64,000 bases of DNA, from assembly GCA_047967505.1 (NCBI GenBank), contig CM106538.1; one strand, given 5' to 3'. The translations under genes and the position numbers were made by a program. Numbering within the stretch: the stretch's first letter is position 1; every line of letters starts with the position of its first letter. Positions 43,200 to 55,389 of this stretch are shown here, piece by piece. The DNA is from Dipteris shenzhenensis. Its lineage: Eukaryota. The notes below the pieces were generated by a model. It was not told the origin of the DNA. It did not search any database and worked only from the letters and a program-made list of their open reading frames with translations.

Positions 43200-44300
43200 T
43201 ACAAAATGGAATTACTGAGGTTCTTCCACCATACGCAAGAGTGGTGGTACTCGCTCTCCAGTCAATTTGGCAATTGAAGACACTACACTAGGTCCTTCCC
43301 AAGATCATCTATTTTTCAGTCATCTTTGTGGGAAGAACATAAAAAAGAATCTCTACCACCTAGTAGACAACAATTAGTTTCAAGTCCACATACCCCAATG
43401 TACTTAAGATTTGATCGTTGATAACCTGAACCAAATCAATGTTAAGGTTTAGAGGTACCTTTAGCACTTCCTATACCTCATAGGAGATGAAGTTATGACT
43501 CCCTTCTGGATCCACAAGTGCCTCGATGCTTGTACTCAGGCCCTGTAATTGGACACTCAACCATGCCAGATCTACTATTAGTTCATCAGTTAAGCCTAGG
43601 TGTTCTACTTTTGCCTTGAGTTCCTTTTCTTTGTGTATAGCCTGGAGGGTCTGTAGAGTGAGTGGACCATGATATCTTTCAATTTACTACCATTAAGGTA
43701 GCCGTCGATCTCGGCTCTATCTAGGGTGGCTATTTGGCATGTGCCTTGTGGAGTAATCTCCACTACGCGGTAGGAAACCATGCCCCTATATTTAAGTTTG
43801 CGCTTGGTGTTGATGATGCTATAGAGGAGTGCTAGATCCTCCTCCTTGAGTTCCTTGTTCTTGAGGTTGCGATCGAACCATTTTTTACATCTTGCCTTCT
43901 CCACTCGAAGGCAATACATTGCGTGCAATCTTGTCTCATCTAGCCATTCAAGTTTGATTAAGCGCTTAACAATAGCATTTTTGATGAGCCTTTCCTTGAT
44001 TGTGATGCTACGAAGGCTAGTAACTACATACTCCATCAGCATAACTACCTCCACCTCAAAGGCTAAGCTAAATGGAGTATAGTTTGTTGCCACTTTGTAA
44101 GATGTTCGAAAGGCCCAAAGAGTTGCGATGAGCTTGTGCTCCCAGTCGGTATGACTGGCTTCAACTATACAAGTTATAATCGTGTTATAATCGTGCAGTA
44201 CGTTTTGTCTTTTGTTAGGCCATTTTCTTTGGGATGATATAGTGTAGATTTCTTGTGTATAATCATCAATTTGCTAGTCAGGAAAGCTCTCTCAGAACTA
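43200..44300 (-). mobile_element. Ty3/Gypsy integrase C-terminal half plus a downstream retropepsin-like domain
   Basis: KSTLYHPKENGL, WAFRTSYK, YTPFSLAF and the GPY/F-like region, then IEALVDPEGSHNFIS...FYVL...MILGRT*...CQIDW. Confidence 0.88.
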
Positions 44301-44639
44301 GATGCACATTTTGGCAAACATTGATGTCCCAGAGAGAATAGGGTACAACACCTAAACACGAAGGGTTGGGCCCAATGGCTCCCCTCAGAATGTTTAACAT
44401 GCTCAAACCCCACGAGGTGAGCAAGGGGACAGTAAGGGTCAAATCGGTTCTCCACTGGCTAATGTATGTGGGTGCCACTTCCGCTCACCATGAGTTCTCC
44501 TCCAATTGGGGAGCACGGTTCAGTAAGGTTACCTCCCCAATCGGCTCTACAAGTGCCATGAAGGATCCCCTTTAGGTCCGAAGCTCCCAACATCCAAAAT
44601 CCCAAAGGTTCTTACTAGGGCCAAGAGGAATACCCCCCA

Positions 44640-44945
44640 AGGAGGAGTGGAAGAGGAGGATGAAGAAAAGGAGGAACTATGACAGGTGCTTGCCCATTAC
44701 AAGGCCTACATGATGGAGGATCAGAAGATCTTATACCAACAGGCCAAGAGAACTCAAGAAGAAGGGTGCTTCCAAGGATATGATGGCCCAGCCAAGTTCA
44801 AGGAGGTAAACCTAGGCCAGAAGGGAAGACCCCCAACCAGTATTCATCACAGATGATCTCACCCCCAATGACGAGAATGCTTAAATAGCCATCCTTTGAG
44901 AGTACAAGGACTGCATGTCCTAGAAATACATAGATATGAAGGGTG
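44640..44945 (+). mobile_element. Gypsy pol fragment just upstream of RT
   Basis: KEVNLG...PVFI...EYKDC....DMKG-like remnant typical of non-chromoviral Gypsy elements. Confidence 0.5.
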
Positions 44946-44977
44946 TTCCTGCGTCCCTACCACATGAATCCCAAGTA

Positions 44978-45365
44978 TGTGCTCATAGCGTATGCTTATG
45001 CTTATATACTTATGCTTAAGCATATGCTTTCTCTCTTTTTCTCTTTTTCCCCTCTTTTTTCCTCTCTTTTCTTATTTTCCCCTCTTTTTTCCTTCTCTTT
45101 TCCCCTCTTCCTTCCTCTTCCTTCTCTTCTTTTCCCCTCTCTTGTTTCCTCTCTTTCATCCTCTTTTCTCTCTTTTCATAAGCATATGCATTTGCCTATG
45201 CTTATGCTTATGCTTATGCTCATATGCTTATGCTTATGCATCAGCATATGCTCATGTGCTTATGCTTATGCATGACCATATCCTCATATGCTCGTGCATA
45301 GCATCAACATATCCTCATATGCTCATGCATAAGCATAAGCATATGCTTTCTCTCTTTCTCTCTAT
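44978..45365. repeat. Degenerate (ATGCTT/ATGCTC)n hexamer array interleaved with a polypyrimidine tract
   Basis: Directly visible. Confidence 0.85.
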
Positions 45366-45804
45366 TTTTGTCACGCTAGTTTTTGCTACCTAGCCTTTCC
45401 TTCCATTGTCTTATTCCTCACTCAGCACTTATTTTGTTATCGTGGTTATGGAGAGGGGAGAGCGTGCTCATCGCTAGAAGAGAAAGAGGTCCTGTCTCCA
45501 CATCTATTGAGGATTTCTCCAACAATATCCTCACAAGAATCTTGCAAGCTAATCGTTTGCTGAAGATTAATAGCCTTCCTTGGAAAGAAGTATGGGACAA
45601 AGAGATGGAAGAGGATCTCTATTGCCTAGTGAACAACCATTAGTCTCAAGTCTACATACTAGTCAGTTTTGTAGAGAGAACATAAAAATGGATCTCTATT
45701 TCCTGGTGAACAACCATTAGTCTCAAGTCTACATACCCTAATGTGCTTAAGAGTTGATTGTTGATGGTGTGTACTAAAGCCACAGTAAGGTTTAGGAGTA
45801 TTTA

Positions 45805-47514
45805 GTAGCATTCAACCTTGCTGTTTGCATTTTGGCCTCTCTGCCATCCACCACGACCTCTTTGGCTCCCCCTGCCTCTAGAGTTACCACATCCTCCTCC
45901 ATAGGGCTGGTTTTCTTGAGTTTGCTACATATTCTGATTTCTACCATGGCCTCCAAATCGGCCTGCTCTACCTCTGCCTCTACCTCTTCTAGCATTTGAG
46001 TAGAAGATAGTTTCTTTTGAAGTTCCTCCTGAAGCAGATGCACCACCATTTCTCTGTTCTTCAGAAATTAGAAGAGCAAACAACTCCTCAAAATCAAAAA
46101 ATTTTTCACGGATGGCAATGGATGTTCGAAATTGTGCATAATCCTTTCCTAGACCATTCAAGGTTACAGAAACTAAATCATCATCTTCCACTGGCGACCC
46201 AATGGAAGCAAGTGCATCTGCAATTTTCTTCACCTTCATGTGGTAGTCATTGATGCTCATATTTTCTCTTTGCACATTGTGCAACTCCTACTTGAGCTGG
46301 ATTTTCCTGGCTTGCATATTTGTGCTATACATTTTTGCCAAAGTATCCCATGCCTCCTTTGGCATACTTGCATCCTGAATATGCATAATCATAGAATCTG
46401 AAATACTGATAGACAACTAGTACATAACTTTTCTGGCTCTCTCATGCCATCCTTTAAATGCCTGCATTTCCTGTTGATTAGGAACATTAGGAAGAACTAG
46501 TTCTTCTTCATTTCCTGTAATGAACTCCCAATAGCCTTTTCCCATAAGGAAATTCGTCATTCTAAAGTTCCATGCTTAGAAGTTGTTCTTGTCAAGCTTT
46601 TCAATGACAATCTGTGAAAGAGAATCAGACGCCATTACAAAACACTGCAAAATATACTGTCACTGCAAAAAACATAGCTTCTGCCTCATAAGGGCAAATC
46701 TGCAAAACTGACGAAAGTGGTATTTGACCACACATTCACTTCCTAGTGACGATTTTGCATGAACAAGCAATAAGGATGATTCTGTAACTCCCAATATCTA
46801 TGCGCATAGGCATACGATGCAATTTCTACAACAACTTTTCACCGACCTATAGAGCAGTGGTCGCACAGCAAAAATAGGGCCTTTTTCTCAGTACCTGTGG
46901 AGAACTTCTGCCTCCAAAACGGGCCCTGAAATGGCCTCGAATCAAAAAAATAAAGTCACCCTGCAGCATATACTACCCTCTCATCACACCACGAAGGGCG
47001 TTTCAATATGAGACAATGCACTCTTGCACTTTCTGACTGTGCTACCTGTAGAGATTTGCTCCCAAACTCGAAAAAGGAAAGCAACACTGGTCCTCTTATT
47101 AGGACACCGTAAACTTGGTTTGCTTTCTTGAGCTCCTTACCACGAACCAGGCTCTGATACCATGTGAAGATAGTGGGAGAGAAGGAAGGAATCTTACTTA
47201 CGGCTTTCTTACATACACAATGGTGGAATACACACAAAGATGGAGGCTGAAAACAGTTTTCCTCTTCTTAGTTGTGAAAGCCAAAAGAACTCTAGTATAA
47301 AGAAATAGAAGAACCCTATATGTGGGTCTCAAACCAAACTCAGCTAACTAAGGTGGCATACTAACTGAGCCACGAACTAGAGTACATAAGGATAGCTATC
47401 ATCCAACTATTATTCATGGGCGGTGTACCAACCGCATCTGCAGCTAACAAGTCGGTGACATAAATGCACAACGGTCACCCTGGCATATCACAAGTGGAGC
47501 TTAATATCTCAACA
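45805..47514 (-). mobile_element. 5' half of a Ty1/Copia element (5' LTR, PBS, leader, gag up to the knuckle)
   Basis: LTR 47163-47514 and PBS 47151-47162 (TGGTATCAGAGC on minus). Gag MSINDYHMKVKKIADALASIGSPVEDDDLVSVTLNGL, an RG-rich stretch, ending at VECY. Confidence 0.94.
47163..47514 (-). repeat. Copia 5' LTR (352 bp), partner of 20954-21305
   Basis: Same length and ends as the 3' LTR; both carry the flanking ATCTC. Confidence 0.95.
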
Positions 47515-49830
47515 GAGATCTCCTTCCTTGAGTTCCTTGTTCTTGAGGTTGTAGTCAAACCATTTTTTGCATCGTGCCTTCTCCACCTAGAGGCAATAGG
47601 CTACACGCAATCTTGTCTCATCTAGCTTCTCGAGATCAATTAAGCGCTCCACCAAGGCATTTTTGGTGAGCCTCTCCTTGGTTGTAATGCGAAGGCTGGG
47701 CACTACATACTCCATTGGCATAACTGCCTCCACCCCAAAGGCTAGGCTGAAGGGGGTGCAAATCGCCCCTTTGTAAGATGTTTAGTAGGCCCACAAGGCT
47801 GCGATGAGCTTGTGCTCCCAGTCAGTACGACTGGCTTCGATCGTGCAAGTTATAATCTTGCAGCATGTTTTGTTCGAGATCTCAGCCAGGCCATTTTCCC
47901 TGGGATAGTATGACGTCGACTTTGTATGTATAATCATGAATTCACTAGTCAGGATCGCTATAGTATCATTGAGGAAATGAGTTCCTCAATCATTGACGAA
48001 TTCTAAGGGACACCCAAACCATGTGATGACTTGCTCATTTAAAAACTTAGCAGTGGATCTTGCATCGGCTTTCCTTGTGGCTCTCCCTTCCACCCATTTG
48101 GTGAAATCATCTCCTAACAATCTGTGGGACTAAGATAATGTATCAAGCCCCTATTCCTCTAGCTATTGGGCTTATCGGTCCAATAAAATCTATGCCCCAT
48201 TTTTGAAAGGGCTGATCGGTCAATATTCCTGTCAAGGGCATCATGTCTTCTTTGTGTGGTATTTGCACGTGTTGGTAGGGGTCACATCGCTTGATAAATT
48301 TAGATGCATCTCCAAAGAGAGTCGGCAACCAAAGGCCAGCCTATAGCACTTTACGTGTAGTAACGTCAGTGATAAAATGATCGCCTGCTATCTCGGAGGG
48401 GCTTCTTCAAGCACATTGATGTATTCATGCTCGCACACACATTTGTGCATGATGCCATCCCTGCCCATGCGGTATAGCTGGCTTGCAACTACTTGATATG
48501 GTGCCGCATCCTTGATGAGTTTGCAGGCTGTTCCCTTCTTGAGGGCTTTGTCCATAGGCAAACCGTTGGCCAAGTAGTGGCCGATTTTGGCTACCCATTT
48601 AGGAATTATGTCAATGAGGAATAGAGGAGCATCGAGGAGATCATCTTTGAGACTCCCGTCGGAGCTTCTCCATTGGGGATTCTTGAGAGGTGGTCAGCTA
48701 GGACGTGGGTCTTTCCCTTACGCACTACGACTGTGAAGTCAAACTCCAGGAGGATTAGCATCCACCTTGTGATGCATCCCATCATGTAGGGCTTGTTAAC
48801 CAAATACAATAGTGCCATATGGTCCACAAAAGATGAATTTGTTGACTAACAAGTAATGCCTGAACTTTTTAATTGCATAGACCATGGCTAGGCCTTCCCT
48901 CTCTGTTGTCATGTAATTGACCTTGGCATCATTTAATTGCCAACTAGAAAAGTACACAGGGTAGTCCAGGTTATACTCCTTTGGTAGGGCTAACACACAT
49001 TTGATAGCAAAATTGGAGGCATCTATCTGAACATGGAATATTAGATTCTAGTCTGCAACCCATAATACCGATGTTGTGGCTAGAGCTAACTTGAGGGTTT
49101 CAAAGGATTTTTGACATTCCTCATTCCACTCAAAGGCTACTAATAGCTTGTACAATTGTCGAGCTATGTCTGCATAGAATAGAATGAACCTTCGATAGTA
49201 TCCCATGTGGCATATAAACCATTGCACGCCCTTGGCATCTGTGGGGGGTGGTAATTCTAGAATGAGCTTGATCTTGTTGTAGTCCGTGGAGATACCATTC
49301 TTGGATACTATGTGGCCGAGAATTATGTCGTGTTTGACCCAAAATTGGGACTTGAGGGGATTTAGGGATATACGGTACAACTAGCACCTTTCCAAGACCA
49401 ACTTCAGGTATCTCAAGTGATCATCCCATGTTGAGCTCACACACATGTCATCCAAGAATACTTCCCTTAGGTACTTCTTGAAGACAGTGATCATCAACCG
49501 TTGGAAGGTGGTGGGCACATTGGTAAGCCCAAATATCATTACTTTGGCTGCATACACACCCCACTCGGTTGCGAAGGCCGTTTTATGTTGATCTGCAGAG
49601 CAATGGACACCTAATTGTATCCAGAGAATCCATCTAGGAAGCTATAAGCTTCCTTTTCGGCTATTCTTTCTAGAACATGTTGCGTGAATGGCAAGGGGTA
49701 GTGGTCGCACCTGTTGGCGGCATTGACTTTTTTCATATCCATGCATACTCAAATATATCCATTCTTCCTTAGGACTATCACGATGGGTGATACCCGGTCT
49801 ATAGGCTCGATCTCATGGATGAAAAGTCTA
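47515..49830 (-). mobile_element. Decayed non-chromoviral Ty3/Gypsy pol (RT, RNase H, INT), host of the Copia insertion
   Basis: FLDGFSGY, FGLTNVPTTFQR, FLDD, ILGHIVS, YMTTEREGLAMVYAIKKFRHYL, ADHLSR, FQKWGIDFIGP. Confidence 0.93.
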
Positions 49831-50048
49831 GAGATGTTGTAAAAGAGGTATCTCTTATACATGACAATGAAGATGATGACAAAGAGGTAAGAACAATAGT
49901 ATACTAACAATGCAATTGAAAATGATGACTGGAGTCCCTAACCAAATGTAGTCGCATGAAATCTGCAAATGGACATCCCATCATGTCAATGGTTGCATGA
50001 GTCTCCCTTTCTTTTGCATGATGATCCTACATTAATGTATCTACGACG

Positions 50049-53000
50049 TTAATACTGCCACATGGTAGCATATGAGGTATCCCATCTATTAGTGATCAAA
50101 TAGTTAACTAGCATTCTGTTTCCTAAGAAATTCACCAATGCATTTTCAATCGAGTGGTCCATATCCGAGTGATGTCTATCTAAAGAACTCACTCCCTGAT
50201 ATGGGTTCACTTTGCTTCCATTGTACAACTCGAAGAACACATTGCCTTGTAAATCTTCAAGCTGAACTGTCCCATTATTAAAAACTTCAACTAGCTGGTA
50301 GGGTCCATCCCATCCCAACTTAAAATTTGTCTTGATAGGCCCCAACTTAGCATTGTAGAGTAGCATGAGCATACCCTTCTTCAAATGCTTAGGCACAATG
50401 TGCCTATCATGCCAAGCATTTCTTATGCATTATATCAGTGATTTGTGACCAAGCTGCTCGGAGGCATAGCTCATCTAGGTGGCTTAGCTAATGCAATCAC
50501 CCCTTGATTTCTTTTGACTCATCTAAGTGAGGCTCGATAGAAATCTGGAGACTTAAGTGAGGATGATCTTAAGTGTCTTGTTGGCTGACTTGGCTTCACC
50601 ATTAGCATGACGATAGTAGGTAGTGGAGACCATATGCATGATTTTGCATTCTTTCTTAAGAAACTACATCACATCATTAAGGAAATATGTACCTTGGTTA
50701 GTGACAAGTCCCAAAGGACATCCATATGTGCATATGATGTTCTCAAAATGAACTTAGATGTGCTCTGAGCCGAGTTGTCTCAGAGTGCCTTCACTTCTGC
50801 CCACTTAGTAGCATATTCAATGGCTACAATGGTATATTATTGTAAGTGAGCCTGGCTGGCTTGAAAGGACAAACAAAGTCCAAACCCCATCCCTAAAAAG
50901 CTTCCCATGGACGAGTAGGTTGCAAGGGCATAGATTGAGTAGGAAATAATCATCCAGTGCTTTGACAGACATCACATTGTGTGCACTTAGTCTGAGCATC
51001 TTTGAATAAGGTTTCCCACCACAAACTTGCCTGCAAGTCTTTGATGGTGGTGGTTAACTCCCCTTGAAATATCATCTTGATGGACCCGAGTGAGCTTCCC
51101 TCAAGACAATGGCTCACTAGTGTGGCAAAACCCATCTGCACAAAGAACTCCATCTGCATAATGTCAATACAATTGCCCACCAATTAAGGTGTACTTCCAA
51201 GCCTTCAAGGCTAGTTTCCTATGCTTATCTCGAGGTATTGTATCACGAAATGTGCCATTAGATAAATAATCCATTAGCTTGGCATACTCATTCTCACAAT
51301 AATCCACTGCAAAGAGTTCGACATCTGTTCCATGGTAACTCCTTGTGTATCCACCAATTAAGTTGTACTTCCAAGCCTTCAAGGCTAGTTTCCTATGCTT
51401 ATCTTGAGGCATTGTATCAAGAAATGTGTCCTTAGACAAATAATCCATTAGCTCAGCATACTCATTCTCACAATAATCCACTACAAAGAGTTCAACATCT
51501 AGTAATTCCATAGTAACTTCTTGTGTATCCTCGGGTGCTAGTAATAAACAGTCAGCTCCTACATGGCTCTTGCCCAGTTTATGAATGATTTTAAAGTTAA
51601 AATCCTAAAGTAGAAGTATCCAACGAACGAGGCGTCCTTGAAATGTGACAATCTTGTTAATAAGGTGAAGTAAGGCTTGATGATCCACATAGAACAGAGA
51701 AGGATTATCGAGTAGATAATGCCTTAGTTTCCGCACACTGAATACCATTCCCAAAGCTTCTCACTTGGTAGTTCTATAATTGAACTCAGTAGGGGTCAAT
51801 ATACTGGATAGTCCAATTGACCATCCGACTAAGCCAAAATAATGCCTATGGCATATCCAGAAGCATCTACATGCACATGAAATATCACATCCCACCTTGG
51901 TTGCCTTAGAATAGGAGTAGCCATTGCTTGGCTCTTCAATTCATGGAAAACCATAGTCAATTTGTCATTCCACTCAAACTTAGCATCTTTCTTTGTCAAC
52001 TCATACAAAGGCGTTCTAATATTGGCAAAGTCTCTGATGAATGTGCGATAGAAGCTGATAAACCCCACAAACGAACATAATTGAGTTAAATTCTTAGGCT
52101 CAGGCATCTAGTATATATCTTTAATCTTGCCTTGCTCAGTTCTTATGCCATAATGGGAAATGACATGCCGAGCAGTATCCCGACTCAGACACAAATATAC
52201 TCTTAGCTGGGTTCAATGAGATACCCACTTGTTTGCACTTCAAAAAGACCTTTTCCAAGTATCCAAGATTATCTATGTCTAAAGAATAAACACAAAAGTC
52301 ATCTAAATAAATGACAATGAGCTCAGTGAGGTAGTCTTGGAAAGTTTCAATCATAAACTTTTGAAAGGTTGATGGGGCATTTCTCAATCCAAAATGCATA
52401 ACTCGGGTTGCATAAGCATCCCATTCCGTAATAAAGGCAATCTTGGACCGATCTTCTAGAACCGTTGTGGTTTGGTTATAGCCATTGTAACCATCCATAC
52501 ATCTCATGTCTTGCAACTTGATCCAAGATTCCATCAGTGAAGTGTATAGGAAACGAATCAGGTACTACCTAGGCATTTAACTTCCTGTAGTCCACACAAA
52601 CTTGGAGTTTACTTTTTTTCTTAGGCACAACAACAATAGGAAAGAGGCAGTCTCACTACGATCAATGGCATAGATAAACCGAGCATGCAAGAGTTTTCCC
52701 ACTTGGCTTTTACCTATTTGGCATAGTTCGGCGTTTACCTATTTGGCATAGTTAGAATTCATTCTATAACTCTGTTATCAAATCATGCACCAATGGTATC
52801 TTATGTTAACACAACTTAGGAGGAACTCCTCAAAAGTTTATGTAACCCTGTGTAAACACATCCTTGTATCGGACGAATAAATCTCTTATCATACGGAGTT
52901 GCTCGGAAGAACGTTTGGCACTTAACATTACCATGGTAGGTGTTCTTCTGTTCTGAGGTTTAGTTCTTGTGTTGGCCCGTGAACCAATTGTTCATACCAA

Positions 53001-54630
53001 GAGTCTAGTGATAGTCGTTGGCATCTCAACAATCTCTTGTTCCCCTTCAATATCTTCAGTGAAGTTACTTAGAAAGAGATCTTTTTTCTTGGCAATCTGC
53101 TCGTCCTTCAACTTCTGTTTGATATCTATAGCCACTTGGAAAATTTCAATCTCACTCACAGGTAGGATCTATAGCTCCATCAATCATCATTCAACATCTT
53201 GAGCAAATGGATCTATGACCTCCAAATTCTTTGGTCGACAACAACTCAAAACCTTCCAAGGGTTGGTTTGTATATACACATCTTGACCTATCTTGATGAT
53301 CATCTCTTCTAAACCCCGTTCATGGAGTACTTTTACACTCTTCAGCCAAGGTCCTCCCAACAGTATTGGATAGGCATGTTGTTCCAATGGCAATCACAAT
53401 GAAGCTACCTGTATAATAGATGCCGCCTATAGAAATGACCACATTCTGCAACATAACTTTGGGGTCAATTGGGTCGTTGATCTACCATGCGCACTGCTCG
53501 AAAAGGTGATGGCTTATATGACTTAAAATTCAGTCTCCGAGCAATCTCTTTAGAGATGATGTTCACTCTTGAACCACCATCCACTATTACTCCCAATATG
53601 GTTTGTTTCTTAACCTTCATGGTGATCACTGGGACTTTCTCTTCATACCAAATTATCAATCGTAGGCACAATGGCTAAGGATTATTAAACAGAAAATAAT
53701 CCACATACTCTTCATCTGTTGTTGCACCATTGATGTGATAGACACATAAGAAACTCTGCAAGTGACTGTAGAGGTCTTCATCATCTGTGCCTTTAAAAAT
53801 TTGAAAATTTACCTTGATGTTCAAGTTGGACTCAGACTTCGCTGCTCCAAAACTTGAGTAGGCAGGTCTTCCACTCATAAGGACCGAGTCACTAGCCTTC
53901 CACCTATCATAACCGCCTTCATGTGTGCGAGGTTGTTGTAGGCTCTCCTCAGTCGGTTGGTACTATCTTCAAGCCTTAGAGGTGCAGTTCAATGACATAC
54001 ACCCGTTGGCCGAGTAGAATTTCTATCTGCTGTGAGAGGAACTTGGGAAAATTGCATTAGTTTCTCCACATTCACTTCAGGCCTTCGGTGGCATCTCTCT
54101 CCATCAGAAGCACGCCTCTCTTCTCGTCCGTTGGTTCCCTGACCATCAACCATAGCTGGCCTTCTACCTTCATATCTTTCTCAACGATATTCCTCTAGAA
54201 TAATAGCTGAGTACCATTCTCTGAGTTGGTCTTCTCGTTCATTTTGATGTTCCACCAAGGAAATGGCCATTTGCTCGAAATCCAAACTCTTCGTAGATGA
54301 GTGCTTGGACTTCACTTGCCATGATGGACCTTCATCCGCATTTGCTAAGCTTCTAGGTCGCCTCATTCGAACACCATCGTTCCGTCCTTCTGGCTCTGCG
54401 TAGTAGTAGTCAACTTCCACCCCTAGGGTAGCATAGTCGAGTCTCTCTCCTCGTCCTCGTCGCGTCTCTCTCCTCATCCTCGTCGCTTCTACTGGATAGT
54501 TGCTTTTGCTAGCCTCCATCCCGAGTTGAAATCTAGTTCTCATAGTCGAATGTAACCAATTCCTTTGGCTTAGGTAATCTTCACGCCTAGCTGCATATCT
54601 TCTCCATCTTTCCAAGTGTGTGTCAGCCAT
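50049..54630 (-). mobile_element. Second decayed Ty3/Gypsy element (gag, PR, RT, RNase H, INT)
   Basis: FKGTDDED gag motif, IVDGGSRVNIIS and PILLGGPWL protease, MDGYNGYNQ, MHFGLRNAPSTFQ, IYLDDF, HVDASGYAIG, WDGPYQL. Confidence 0.92.
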
Positions 54631-55389
54631 CAATTAATGCAAAAAGTATCCGAGTAGTGACCTGAATATTTTGTGTATCCCACACGCCGGTCTTCAACAC
54701 ACAGAACAAGGCAAAGAAGAAAGATGTCAACAGTGATATCGAGGAGATACCAGCAAAGAAAGACAAACTCAAAACCGAGATGAAGAAGGCCTTAAAAGGA
54801 TTGAGCATTCGAGGTAAGCAGAAGCTACCAAATTTGATTGATGCCCAATTGGTCACTCGGTCGAAAGGATTAGTGGTGGCAACCACTGAAAACATAGATG
54901 CTTCAAGTAAAGACATCAATTGGAAGGCTCAAAAGGAGTTGGTAGCCAAAATTCCAAGGGAGTTGAAAGGTAAAGCTCCAACAGTGGAGATGCTTGAGCA
55001 AACTTAGCAGTCTGTTATCGCGAGAAAGGGAAATCCTCAAAATCTAAGGAAAATGAAATAGAAGTGAGTGCTTCACAAGAACCTAGCGCAGAGCTAGCTC
55101 AAAATATGCAAGTTAGTTTGACATTTGCTGAGTTAATGCAAATAGCTTTGTACTGTCCTGAGTTCTTTACTCAGTAGATCAAGGAATCATCTAAAAAAAT
55201 GCTAAGAGATGGTTCAACTACATTCCTGTGAAGGTTTAGGTAGGAGATTAATGAAGAAATGTTAGGATGAATCTAAGTGAGCTGAAGTAGAATAAAGAAG
55301 AGTCCATTCAAGATTTCATGCTAAGAATTCAAACTCTCATCAGCCAATTGAGCACGGTTCCGGATGACAAGTCTATGCGAGCTTGGTTG

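Noticed and set aside
54181-54633. 150-aa Arg-rich ORF as a host gene
   Set aside because: Lies directly upstream of, and co-oriented with, Gypsy gag remnants; most likely TE-derived, with no recognisable domain.
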